Assembly (NCBI GenBank): GCA_049642465.1
Contig: JBAROV010000088.1
Location: 38,616-102,615, forward strand
Reading direction: 5' to 3'
Source: Vicinamibacterales bacterium
Lineage (GTDB): Bacteria > Acidobacteriota > Vicinamibacteria > Vicinamibacterales > 2-12-FULL-66-21
DNA: 64,000 nucleotides
Numbering within the stretch: the first letter of the stretch is position 1; each line of letters starts with the position of its first letter. Below, one piece after another: positions 8,018 through 17,407 of this stretch. The notes beneath the pieces are model-generated. The model was not told where the DNA came from. It worked only from the letters and a program-made list of their open reading frames with translations, and did no database searches. The position numbers were made by a program, and so were the translations under genes.

Positions 8018-9463
8018 CTATCTCGGGATCTTCTCCTCCGGGACCGGCAGCCCGGACCGATCTGTCACGGACAGTGTTGGGAACGGATCTCCAGTGCGCC
8101 GGATCCACTCATCGAGTTCACGTGCGAGGCGTTTCATCTCCGGGGCGACCGAAGGCTCTCGGACCAGATTGCGCAGCTCGCCCGGGTCTGCGGACAAATC
8201 GTAGAGTTCCTCACCGTAGCTGACGTATCGCACGTACTTCCAGCGCGGCGTGCGCAGCATTCGGATCGGGACGCGCCACGCCTGCTTGCCGTAATACTCC
8301 ACCACCAGTGATTCACGCACACTTGGAGCGCGCTGGTCGAGTATTGGACGGAGCGATAACCCGTCCACGCCGCTTGGCATTGGAACGCCCGTCAGATCGC
8401 AAACGGTCGGAAGCAAATCCATCAGGCTCGCGAGGGCATCCGTGCGGGCCGGGCGGATTTTGCCCGGCCACGAAATGACCAGCGGAATGCGCACCACCTC
8501 TTCGTACATGGCCGGTCCCTTGTAGGGTAGTCCGTGCCCACCGCCGTGATCGCCGTGATCTGCACTGAAGATCGTAATCGGAGGATCGCCGTCACGACCG
8601 AGTGCCGCGAGGACTGTTCCAATCTCGCGGTCGGCGGTCTCGACCAGTTCGTTGTAGAACGCACGGTATCGCCGCCAGACATCAGGGCCCGCGGCGATAA
8701 AGGGCCTTCCCTGATCCTGTTCAAGGTAGTGGCGTTGGGGGAACGGCTTGTTTCGGAGATCGTCGATCAGATTCGATGGGAGCCGCACGTTGGCCATCGC
8801 AGACGCGGCTGGTGTCTGCGAGAGGACGCCATAGATCTCGTGCGGGTTGAGCCAGGAGACGATCAGGAACAGCGGTCGCGTGGGTTTCGTCGCCGCTCGC
8901 GCTCGCAGGAATGCCACGACGCGCGGCGCAAGCGTCGCATCGTCAACTCTCTCGTCGTGCACCTCGAATCCATACTCGCCTGGCGTGCCGCCGAGGTGCC
9001 ATTTGCCGAAGTACGCAGTCTCGTATCCCGCTGCCGCCAGCACGCGGGCGAACGTTGGCAGCGAGCGATCGAGCGCAGGGGACATCCCCGCGGCAGGACG
9101 ATCGGTGCCGCGCCCACGACCCTCCGCTGTGTTACCCATGACGCCGGTCCGGTGTGGATACCGTCCCGTCATGAGGGCTGCGCGCGACGGGGAACATTGC
9201 GGCGTCGCCGCGAACGCCCGGGTAAACAGCACACCTTCGCTCGCCAGCCGATCCATGGTCGGCGTGCGAACATCGGTGGCACCCGCCGCACCGAACGCAT
9301 CGGCGCGCTGCTGATCCGTCAGTACGATCACCACGTCGGGACGCTGTGAACTCGCCTGAGCTGGCAAGCGCCCGTCGTGCAGGCGTGTCGCAAAGTCAGG
9401 GCGCGGCGTCGCCACAATCGACAGCACGCCGAGGATTGCCGTCACCATCCAACGCCCGCGCAC
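8018..9463 (-). CDS. Sulfatase (arylsulfatase-family), canonical FGly motif
   Basis: PQCSPSRAALMTGRYPHRTG. VLTDQQRAD. Start likely GTG at 9463 (gives signal peptide MRGRWMVTAILGVLSIVATP) or ATG at 9448. Confidence 0.85.
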   Translation of the reverse strand: MRGRWMVTAILGVLSIVATPRPDFATRLHDGRLPAQASSQRPDVVIVLTDQQRADAFGAAGATDVRTPTMDRLASEGVLFTRAFAATPQCSPSRAALMTGRYPHRTGVMGNTAEGRGRGTDRPAAGMSPALDRSLPTFARVLAAAGYETAYFGKWHLGGTPGEYGFEVHDERVDDATLAPRVVAFLRARAATKPTRPLFLIVSWLNPHEIYGVLSQTPAASAMANVRLPSNLIDDLRNKPFPQRHYLEQDQGRPFIAAGPDVWRRYRAFYNELVETADREIGTVLAALGRDGDPPITIFSADHGDHGGGHGLPYKGPAMYEEVVRIPLVISWPGKIRPARTDALASLMDLLPTVCDLTGVPMPSGVDGLSLRPILDQRAPSVRESLVVEYYGKQAWRVPIRMLRTPRWKYVRYVSYGEELYDLSADPGELRNLVREPSVAPEMKRLARELDEWIRRTGDPFPTLSVTDRSGLPVPEEKIPR

Positions 9464-9551
9464 TGTGACCAGTGTGACCCTCCCGACAACGACCGTCCAG
9501 TGACGTAATATACGAACGCAACTGGACGGAATCAAAGGAGAACTTCCCTCG

Positions 9552-9932
9552 ATGGCACGCAAAGCCGCCTACTGGGTCAGCACGGGTCTTCTTGCCCTGA
9601 TGTCGCTCTTCGCCGGGTACACATACCTGATGGCCACGCCGGAGGCAGTGACCGGGTTCGCGCATGTGGGTTACCCACAGCACCTCCGCGTCCTGCTTGG
9701 TATTGCGAAACTGACCGGAGCCATCACACTTATCGCCCCTGGGTTCCCACTCCTCAAGGAATGGGCGTATGCGGGGTTCACATTCGCGTGGATCGCTGCG
9801 TCAATTGCGCATTACGTTGCGGGCGACCGGCCAGCCTTCCTGTTTCCACTTGTCCTGCTGGTATTTCTTGGAGTGTCGTACCTGACACGACCGGCGGACC
9901 GACGGTACTCAGTTCGTCCGATGATCGCCTGA
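9552..9932 (+). CDS. DoxX-family small membrane protein
   Basis: 126 aa. Four predicted TM segments. DoxX-like hydrophobic pattern. Confidence 0.55.
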   Translation: MARKAAYWVSTGLLALMSLFAGYTYLMATPEAVTGFAHVGYPQHLRVLLGIAKLTGAITLIAPGFPLLKEWAYAGFTFAWIAASIAHYVAGDRPAFLFPLVLLVFLGVSYLTRPADRRYSVRPMIA

Positions 9933-9960
9933 AGAGGCCGGATCGAGATCCGGCCTCTTC
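9931..9960. terminator. Perfect 14-bp GC-rich inverted repeat GAAGAGGCCGGATC/GATCCGGCCTCTTC between convergent genes (putative bidirectional terminator; no U-tract)
   Basis: Read directly. Overlaps the DoxX stop codon. 20 bp from the stop of the convergent lipoprotein gene. Confidence 0.45.
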
Positions 9961-9980
9961 GAACGGTGGTCGCGCGGGCG

Positions 9981-11168
9981 TCAGAAAGCCTGCGTGATCC
10001 GCACGACCTTGTCCGCGACCGTGATCGTCCCGCTGCGAGCGCTGCCGCTGGTGTTTGCCGCTACCGTGAACGTCACGGGGTTGTCGCCGGCCTTCGGCGT
10101 TGACGGCGAAATGGTGATCCACGGCACGTCCGCTCGAGCCTCCCACCGACACGCCTCCTGCGTTGCCCCGCCGCACGTGATCGGATCGCTGATCTGAATC
10201 ACGTTGAACGTGCCAGGGCCGCCGCTCGACCCAAAGGCAATGGCATCGGTACTCACGGAATAGTAGCAACCCGCCTGAGCGATTTGCAGGTTCTGTCCAG
10301 CCGTGACAGTAGGCCATCGCAGTTTCACGACACTCTGACGCGGGGGGCCCCAGTTGTCGGAGACCCTGAACGAGACGGCGCCGGATCCGTTCCCGGACTG
10401 CCCGGCAACGACCGAGATCCACGAGGCGTCAGGCTCCGCGGTCCACGTGCATCCTGCTTGGGTCGTGATCGTCGCTGTCAGGTCGAACGGCACAGACATG
10501 CAAGGCGTGAACTCGATCGGCGACACGGAATAGTCACAGGCGACTGGTGTCTCGCCCGTTTGCGTCACGAGGAACGTCCGATCGATGACGGCAATTCCAC
10601 CGGTCCGCGTCGCGGGCTCGCTGTTTCTCGCCACTGAATACGTGACGGTTCCGTTGCCGTTTCCGCTGGTCCCCGCTGTGACAGTGAGCCACGCCACAGC
10701 GCTGGTCGCCGACCACTGGCAGTGGCTCGGGGCGGTCACGTTGAAGCTGCCAACTGCTGCGTCCTTGCCGAACGAGGCGCTCGTGGGCGTGATATCGAGC
10801 GTGCAGGCCACCACGCCGTCCTGCCGTACAGCGACAGTCTGACCTGCAACCGTCAACGCGCCCGATCGCTCAGTGGTATTCGCGTTTGCTGTCAGGCTGA
10901 CGTTCACACTGCCGTTTCCGGAACCACTGGCGCCACTCGTAATGGTCATCCAGCCTCGATCTGACGTCGCGGTCCAGGAACAGTTGGCTGCCGTCGTAAT
11001 GTTCACCGAGCCGGGTCCACCAGACGATCCGAAGGACAAGGACGCGGTCGAAAGAGTATATGTGCACGGAGTTGGCGTCGGTTCGGTCGGTGAGCTCTTG
11101 CCACAGGCGACTAGACCTGCTGCGAGCACCACGAGCGAGGCGACGCATATTGCTACCTGTCTTCGCAT
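9981..11168 (-). CDS. Lipoprotein with four BACON-like repeat domains
   Basis: Start at ATG Met33 (MRRQVAICVASLVVLAAGLVACGKSS, lipobox LVAC). Four ~90-aa repeats of pattern C.Y.S....F...GG.GS.NV......C.WTA.SD..W..I......G.G..S..V..N....R.G...V. Confidence 0.65.
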   Translation of the reverse strand: MRRQVAICVASLVVLAAGLVACGKSSPTEPTPTPCTYTLSTASLSFGSSGGPGSVNITTAANCSWTATSDRGWMTITSGASGSGNGSVNVSLTANANTTERSGALTVAGQTVAVRQDGVVACTLDITPTSASFGKDAAVGSFNVTAPSHCQWSATSAVAWLTVTAGTSGNGNGTVTYSVARNSEPATRTGGIAVIDRTFLVTQTGETPVACDYSVSPIEFTPCMSVPFDLTATITTQAGCTWTAEPDASWISVVAGQSGNGSGAVSFRVSDNWGPPRQSVVKLRWPTVTAGQNLQIAQAGCYYSVSTDAIAFGSSGGPGTFNVIQISDPITCGGATQEACRWEARADVPWITISPSTPKAGDNPVTFTVAANTSGSARSGTITVADKVVRITQAF

Positions 11169-11418
11169 GTCGCCCCCAATGATTGGTACCAGTGTCCAAA
11201 GCAACACGGCCGCCAACGGGCGACGGCCTCGAAACGCCTGAACTCGGCCCACTAAACGCCCCAAAGCCGATTCAGGGCCGTCTCCACTGGGAAATCTCCC
11301 GCCAAACGAGAGAATTCCCCCACCTCGGGCCAGCCTCCGGCACTGAAATCGGCATTGTCACCGGATCGGATCTTGATCCAATCCTCGGCGGAGCACGTGC
11401 GAAAGCACGCGAATTCAC

Positions 11419-12339
11419 ATGACTTCGCGCTACCCGTATTCGGTGGTTATTGCTCTCCTGGCGGCCACGATGGCGAACGGACCCATCGTTGCCCGCGATG
11501 CCGACCCGCCTTCTTCATTCCTGACGGGACGCGCGTTTCAGTACCAGGTCGTCGCCGGCGACACCATCACGCTCGTGAGCGCCAGGTACGGCATCCATCC
11601 ATCTGAGATCATCGAGCGTAATAGACTGAAGCCAAATGCGGTCTTCACTCCGGGACAGATCCTGGAGCTGGAGAACCTGCACATTGTTCCCGTTGTCGAT
11701 GACGATGTGGCGCTCGTGATTAATGTGCCGCAGCGTATGTTGTTCCTGGACGAAGGCGACCGCGCGTCGGGTTATCCGATCGCCGTCGGACGTCGGGATT
11801 GGCCGACACCACTCGGCGACTTCAACATCGTTGTCAAGGAGACAGAGCCGACGTGGGATGTTCCTGAATCGATTCAGGAGGAAATGCGGCGCGAAGGGCG
11901 CGTCGTGCTGGAGAAGGTTCCCCCTGGCCCCGAGAATCCACTCGGTGCGTTCTGGCTCGGACTCAGTCTGGGATCCGTCGGGATTCACGGCACCAATGCG
12001 CCATCGAGCATCTTCCGAAGCACCACCCACGGGTGCATCAGGATGCACCCCGACGACATCGCGGCGCTGTTTCCGCGAGTGGTGACCGGCACGCGCGGCC
12101 GAATCGTCTACTCGCCGGTCTTGCTCGCCAAAACCGCCGACGGAATCTTCGTCGAAGCCCATCCCGATATTTACCGGCGAATGGCCGGCGATCCACTCGC
12201 CCTTGTGCGGGACATCGCGAATGCCGTCGGGATCGCGAACGAGATCGACTGGCTGCAGGTGGCAAGGGCACTCAAAGCGAGACGTGGCATGGCGGTCCCT
12301 GTGGCCAGCGCCACGTCCCCACGCTCATCGCTGAATTGA
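11419..12339 (+). CDS. LysM domain + L,D-transpeptidase (YkuD) catalytic domain protein
   Basis: LysM (YQVVAGDTITLVSARYGIHPSEIIERNRL) and YkuD active site HGCIRM with preceding HGT. Confidence 0.8.
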   Translation: MTSRYPYSVVIALLAATMANGPIVARDADPPSSFLTGRAFQYQVVAGDTITLVSARYGIHPSEIIERNRLKPNAVFTPGQILELENLHIVPVVDDDVALVINVPQRMLFLDEGDRASGYPIAVGRRDWPTPLGDFNIVVKETEPTWDVPESIQEEMRREGRVVLEKVPPGPENPLGAFWLGLSLGSVGIHGTNAPSSIFRSTTHGCIRMHPDDIAALFPRVVTGTRGRIVYSPVLLAKTADGIFVEAHPDIYRRMAGDPLALVRDIANAVGIANEIDWLQVARALKARRGMAVPVASATSPRSSLN

Positions 12340-12780
12340 TTCGACGTACTTCACGAGATTTCGAATGCGCAGCACGGTGACGTTCTTCTCGTCATATCGA
12401 AACACATCTCCCCATATCGGCATCTCCTCGACGCCGTGGGCCGGGCTCTCCGTTTTACCTGTCCCCTTGATGACGTACTCCACGTCAACGGCATCGAACT
12501 TCCCTCCATGCCGTTTCGCGATAGTCGTCAGATCGGCAACTGGCATTTTCATCGCGGGCGCAGCAGGTCCGTTGCCCGTGCCGTCCAGCCCGTGGCACAC
12601 GGCACAGTAGGCCACGTAGTTGTCCCGCCCTTCCACCGACACGATTGGCACAGCACGGCCGGCCTTGACCTTCGGAACCTGCGTCTGACCGGACGGGGTC
12701 TGCGCGGATATCGGCGCGCCCAGGACCCAAGCGAGGACGAGGCAGCCGGCAACAAGAATTCTTGCAGAGCAGCTCACCAT
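12325..12780 (-). CDS. Class I c-type cytochrome, secreted
   Basis: Signal peptide. Single CAVCH heme-binding motif. Distal Met region. Confidence 0.7.
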   Translation of the reverse strand: MVSCSARILVAGCLVLAWVLGAPISAQTPSGQTQVPKVKAGRAVPIVSVEGRDNYVAYCAVCHGLDGTGNGPAAPAMKMPVADLTTIAKRHGGKFDAVDVEYVIKGTGKTESPAHGVEEMPIWGDVFRYDEKNVTVLRIRNLVKYVESIQR

Positions 12781-12835
12781 AAATACCTCTCAGTCTTACG
12801 TGTTGTTCAAAACCAAACCTTTCAGGCCGGATCGG

Positions 12836-14572
12836 CTACAGCCGACCGGATCTCAGAATTCCGATCGCCAGGCCGATGCCAAGCACACCGGCCACGACGA
12901 AGCCCGCGAGTCCGAGCGACGGATAACCGCTCAGCGATGAACTCGCCGCGGCATGCATGACAACGGCAGAGCCGATGACGATGGCGGCGATGACGATCGC
13001 AAAGCTGAGACGATTGCTCGAGCGGTCCATTTCTCGAATGAAGTAATCGAGGTTTCGATGGATGAATTGGATGCGCAAACCGTCGGTTCGTGCCTTGCGA
13101 GTGATGTCCGCAAGGTCACGCGGCAGTGCACGGAGCGCGCTCAACGCCTCATGCCCGACGTCTGCGGTTCGGTACGCCACCGCCGCCGGCGTGTGTTTCT
13201 GCCGCAAGAGGTATTCCACGAGCGGAGCCGCGTGTTCGACCATTTTGAATGACGGATCCAGGTCACGCCCGATACCCTCGATCGTGCTGACCGCTTTGAT
13301 GAGGAGCAGAAGATCGGCAGGCAGTTTCAACCGGTGGCGCGACATCGCGTCGGTGATTGACGAGAGTACCGTCCCGAGTGACAGCGCGCCGAGCGAGAGA
13401 TCGGCGTACACATCCAGCATTTCTTCGATGTCGCGTGCCAGTTCGGCCATGTCGACTGGCCGCAGCGGCGTCGCCACGCTGACGACAATCTCGGCGAGCC
13501 GGTCCGAGTCCCGGCGCGACACAGCGAGAATCGTTTCTGCGAGACGCTCGCGCATCTGCCGGTTCAACCGTCCAACGATCCCGAAGTCGATGAACGCGAC
13601 GATGTCGCCAGGCAACGCGAGAACATTGCCCGGATGTGGGTCGGCGTGAAACAAGCCGTGGACGAGGATCTGTTTCAGTACGACGTCTGCACCGCGGCGG
13701 GCGACGACCCGCGGGTCGAGTGCCCGTCCGTCCTCCGTGCCCACGGCCGATACCTTGATCCCGTCGAGGAATTCCATCGTCAAGACTGCCGGCGTCGTCA
13801 ATGGCCAGCAGATGACCGGGTAGGCCACGGTCGGGTCGCCGGCGAACTGGCCGGCCACACGCTCGATGATGTGTCCCTCGCGTGAAAGATCCTGTTCGCG
13901 GCGGATCGTGCGGGCGAATTCATCGACCAGCTCCGACAAGCTGTAGAGGTGTGCGTCGGTGACGTAGCGCTCGGCGAGGGTGGCAAGATCAGCCAGAATC
14001 GCGAGGTCCGCCTCGATCACCCTCTCGATGCCGGGCCTTCGCACCTTGACGGCGACCACTTCACCCGAGTGAAGAGTCGCCTTGTGGACCTGTGCGATTG
14101 AGGCCGCGGCAAGTGGCTCGGGACAAAACTCCGCGAACAGCTCACCAATTGGCCGGCTCAGTGCCTCTTCAATCGATCGTTCCGCGACACCTGGCGCGAG
14201 GGGAGGCACCGAGTCCTGCAACAACGCCAGTTCCGCGATGACATCGGGCGGCAGAAGGTCGGCTCGTGTGCTCAGCGCCTGACCGAACTTGATGAAGGTG
14301 GGTCCCAGCGCCTCGAAGGCAAGGCGGATGCGCGTCGGCCGACTCAGCTCCGTGTAGCCGTCGTGTCCAAGTGCTGACAGTACTCGCCGGCCCGCTGCCA
14401 GATACGACGTCAAGTGCAGGGCATGTACAACATCAGCAAAGCCAAACCTCACGAGAACGGAGACAATCTCGCTGTACCGGCGCATGTGACCGACGCGAGC
14501 CACGCCCCGCCTGACCATGCCCGCGTCTACTTGCGGCGTCACTTCGGGCTGCGGCAAAACGGCGCGGGACAT
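12836..14572 (-). CDS. ubiB: ABC1/UbiB-family atypical protein kinase
   Basis: AarF/ABC1 motifs (AAASIAQVH, HADPHPGN, IDFG). C-terminal TM helices. AAGGAG RBS before ATG at 14572. Confidence 0.85.
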   Translation of the reverse strand: MSRAVLPQPEVTPQVDAGMVRRGVARVGHMRRYSEIVSVLVRFGFADVVHALHLTSYLAAGRRVLSALGHDGYTELSRPTRIRLAFEALGPTFIKFGQALSTRADLLPPDVIAELALLQDSVPPLAPGVAERSIEEALSRPIGELFAEFCPEPLAAASIAQVHKATLHSGEVVAVKVRRPGIERVIEADLAILADLATLAERYVTDAHLYSLSELVDEFARTIRREQDLSREGHIIERVAGQFAGDPTVAYPVICWPLTTPAVLTMEFLDGIKVSAVGTEDGRALDPRVVARRGADVVLKQILVHGLFHADPHPGNVLALPGDIVAFIDFGIVGRLNRQMRERLAETILAVSRRDSDRLAEIVVSVATPLRPVDMAELARDIEEMLDVYADLSLGALSLGTVLSSITDAMSRHRLKLPADLLLLIKAVSTIEGIGRDLDPSFKMVEHAAPLVEYLLRQKHTPAAVAYRTADVGHEALSALRALPRDLADITRKARTDGLRIQFIHRNLDYFIREMDRSSNRLSFAIVIAAIVIGSAVVMHAAASSSLSGYPSLGLAGFVVAGVLGIGLAIGILRSGRL

Positions 14573-14816
14573 CACACTCCTTCGCAGTGCAATCCAAATA
14601 CCTATCCGGCACCTGAGCGGGTGTGGCGATCAAAGGAGTGAGCGCTGCTCCCGGGCCGAACTTCGCGTGTTTTTTCCTCCTACCGGGGAATTGTCCACGC
14701 CCGTGCCTAATCGTTTGTGTGAATTGCGGCGGCGACGGCCGCTCCCGTCGGAGTGCCGATTGCATTGAAGATCAGTGAATACAGCGCAAACGCTTCGCAT
14801 CGAAGGAGTCAGCGTC

Positions 14817-15302
14817 ATGCAACCCATCAAGATCATCCTGGTGCCGACCGATTTCAGTCCGGCTTCCAAACGGGCGCTGCGGTACGCCTGTAACCTCGCC
14901 GATGCGACCGGCGCGTCGCTGCAAATCATCCATGTCATGGAGAACCCGTATCTGCCAAACGCATTCAGCGGGTATTACGCGCCGCTGCCAGGCGAATTCC
15001 TCGAGGACCTCGATCGGCGCACGCGTGCCGAGCTCGAAGCGCAACTGACGGCCGAGGAGAAGAACAAGTATTCGGCGGTGTTCGTGCTCCGCATGGGATC
15101 GCCCGCGCACGAGATCCTCGAGTACCTGAACGATCAGGACGCGATTGACCTCGTGGTGATGGCAACCGCAGGCCGCGGCGGCGTCGCGCGTCTGATGATG
15201 GGAAGCGTCGCCGACAAGGTCGTGCGCGCCGCGCCCTGCCCGGTCCTCACACTGCACCCGGCCGAGCAGGTCGCGACTGGAACAACGTTTCGAGCTGCTT
15301 GA
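14817..15302 (+). CDS. Universal stress protein (UspA family)
   Basis: IILVPTDFSPAS ... ATAGRGGVARLMMGSVADKV ATP-binding motif. AAGGAG RBS before ATG at 14817. Confidence 0.8.
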   Translation: MQPIKIILVPTDFSPASKRALRYACNLADATGASLQIIHVMENPYLPNAFSGYYAPLPGEFLEDLDRRTRAELEAQLTAEEKNKYSAVFVLRMGSPAHEILEYLNDQDAIDLVVMATAGRGGVARLMMGSVADKVVRAAPCPVLTLHPAEQVATGTTFRAA

Positions 15303-15312
15303 GGGACGCGAT

Positions 15313-15741
15313 ATGCACCAGACGTCATACGGCCTCAGAGTCACTCTGCCGCTCTCCTACGAGGCGGCGATCGCGCGCGCAACTGAAGCCCTCCAGGCTG
15401 AAGGGTTCGGCGTGCTGACCAGCATCGACGTGCAGGAGACGCTGCGCCGCAAGCTCGATCGCGCGTTTCGCAAGTACGTCATCCTGGGTGCCTGTAATCC
15501 GACGCTCGCGGACCGCGCCCTGCACGCGGAACTCGAGGTCGGTCTGCTGCTCCCCTGCAACGTCATCGTCTACGAGCAAGGAGCCAACGAAAGCGTCGTC
15601 GCGGCGATGGCGCCGCTGGCAGCGTTGGGAATCGTCGGCGACAATCGCGAGCTTCGAGCCGTCGCAGAAGAGGCAGACGGCCGGCTGAGGCGCGCCTTGG
15701 CAGCTCTGGAGGCGTCGAACCAGCAGGCCGTCGTGAAGTGA
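15313..15741 (+). CDS. DUF302-domain protein
   Basis: ~140 aa. Pattern GFGVLTSIDVQETL...LLPCNVIVYE typical of DUF302. Confidence 0.6.
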   Translation: MHQTSYGLRVTLPLSYEAAIARATEALQAEGFGVLTSIDVQETLRRKLDRAFRKYVILGACNPTLADRALHAELEVGLLLPCNVIVYEQGANESVVAAMAPLAALGIVGDNRELRAVAEEADGRLRRALAALEASNQQAVVK

Positions 15742-15742
15742 G

Positions 15743-16036
15743 ATGGACGAGATTGCATATCCCCGGATGCATTCGGACCGGCGGCATGCCCCGTCGCGCG
15801 AGGCGTTGCTCCGGCGCATTCGCGCAGAGTTCTGCGAGATGCCCTCTCTCCGGCTGACATGTCACCAGGCGCAGCGTCTCTTCGCACTGCCATGCGATAT
15901 CTGTGAGCGCGTGCTGGTCGACCTCGTTCGAGAGAACACGCTGACACTCGGTCCGGACGGGCGATATGGCCTGCGGGGCAACGTGGGATGGGAGTTGTCA
16001 GAGGGCGACGTGGCCGAGTGCCATGAACGGTCTTGA
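15743..16036 (+). CDS. Hypothetical small protein (possible winged-helix-like)
   Basis: Start 2 nt after the DUF302 stop. No recognisable motif. Confidence 0.35.
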   Translation: MDEIAYPRMHSDRRHAPSREALLRRIRAEFCEMPSLRLTCHQAQRLFALPCDICERVLVDLVRENTLTLGPDGRYGLRGNVGWELSEGDVAECHERS

Positions 16037-16064
16037 CGGCCGTTGAGGCACTCGACGAAGGTCG

Positions 16065-16541
16065 CTACGCGGCATCCGCTTTCTTACCGATCACCGCCGG
16101 AAGGTCGTGACTGCAGATCGATCTGAACGCCTCGAGGACCGCGCCGGGCTTGACGCCCTTGGCGCCAGAACCGGTGACCAGCACGATGTCGTTCAGAGAC
16201 AGAATCCCTGCCAGCTTTCCTTGGGCATCGACGACCGGTAGTCGCCGGATCCGTCGCTGCTTCATCCTGTCGAGCGCGGCGAGCACGTCTTCATCGGCGC
16301 GGCATGTTTCGACAGGCTGTCTCATCACGCTGTCAGTCGAGATTGCCGAGGCAGGTCGATTCCGTGTGCCGAGGGCAATGCAGATGTCTCGGTCCGTGAT
16401 GACACCTATCGGCCGAGCTGCTTCATCCGTCACGGGCAGAATCCCGCAGTCGGCCTTCCAGAGTCGCTCGACCGCGACGGCGAGATTCGTGTCCGCCCGG
16501 CAGGTCTCTGGATCCGTGGTCATGATGTCCTGAACCTTCAT
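16065..16541 (-). CDS. CBS-pair domain protein
   Basis: Start at ATG Met61 with AAGGAG RBS. Two CBS motifs (ILPVTDEAARPIGVITDRD; RLPVVDAQGKLAGILSLNDI). Confidence 0.75.
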   Translation of the reverse strand: MKVQDIMTTDPETCRADTNLAVAVERLWKADCGILPVTDEAARPIGVITDRDICIALGTRNRPASAISTDSVMRQPVETCRADEDVLAALDRMKQRRIRRLPVVDAQGKLAGILSLNDIVLVTGSGAKGVKPGAVLEAFRSICSHDLPAVIGKKADAA

Positions 16542-16951
16542 AGCCGTTCTCCTTCGATGCGGATCGCGATGCAACCTGCGCGCCCGGCAAATGTCCACGT
16601 GAAATACGAAAAAGTCCGCACCGACATCGTTTGAATACCGCCACCGCGCCACTGTGCAGCGGCGCGAGGGTTGCAGTCTCTGATGATGTGCTCCGCGTGG
16701 GCGGGGAGGGAAATGTGGCAATCAAATCTGTTTGGTGTCCGGTGCTGCAAACGCACGTCACCTGTGTAACGGACCTCGAAGGCGCCATCGTGAAGGTGGT
16801 ATGTGCCGAATATGAAGAGGGGACCCGGACGTGTCGCATGAAGCAGGCGGCGGTGAGGGCGGGTCCGCTCTCGAAACTGCTCATCCAGGCTTCTGAAAGC
16901 ACGCTGACGGATCGCACGCTCCACTGCACCATTGCCTGACGGAGATTCAGT

Positions 16952-17407
16952 ATGCGACTCACAGACATCATGGGAACAGCCGTCGAAACAATCGGCCTCG
17001 AAGCCGCTGCCGAATCCGCCTGGCAACGCATGCGGCTTGGACGTTTCCACCACCTCGTTGTGCTGGATGGCCACTCGGTCGCCGGGATTATTTCCGATCG
17101 AGATCTCGGGGGCACGCGCGGCGCGCGCGTCCGGGAAGGGCGTCGCGTGGCCGACCTGATGACCGGCAACGTCGTGACCGCAACCCCCACGACCACTGTC
17201 CGGGAGGCTGCAAATCTGCTGCGCGGACGCTCTATTGGGTGTCTCCCGGTCCTCGATCGCGGTTCGCTGCGGGGCATCATTACAGTCACGGACTTGCTCG
17301 AATTGATTGGGCGCGGCGTGGAGCGACCGACCGCCAGGGCTCAACGAGCCATCATGCGCGGCCGCGGTCCCAGGAGAAAGCCCTTCAAGGGAATGAGGAA
17401 GAGTTAA
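16952..17407 (+). CDS. CBS-pair domain protein
   Basis: Two CBS motifs (HLVVLDGHSVAGIISDRDL; CLPVLDRGSLRGIITVTDL). Confidence 0.7.
   Translation: MRLTDIMGTAVETIGLEAAAESAWQRMRLGRFHHLVVLDGHSVAGIISDRDLGGTRGARVREGRRVADLMTGNVVTATPTTTVREAANLLRGRSIGCLPVLDRGSLRGIITVTDLLELIGRGVERPTARAQRAIMRGRGPRRKPFKGMRKS

Noticed and set aside
16631-16939. 102-aa TTG-initiated ORF in the intergenic region between the two CBS genes
   Set aside because: Non-canonical start, no RBS, no recognisable motif. More likely regulatory DNA, though conservation was not checked.
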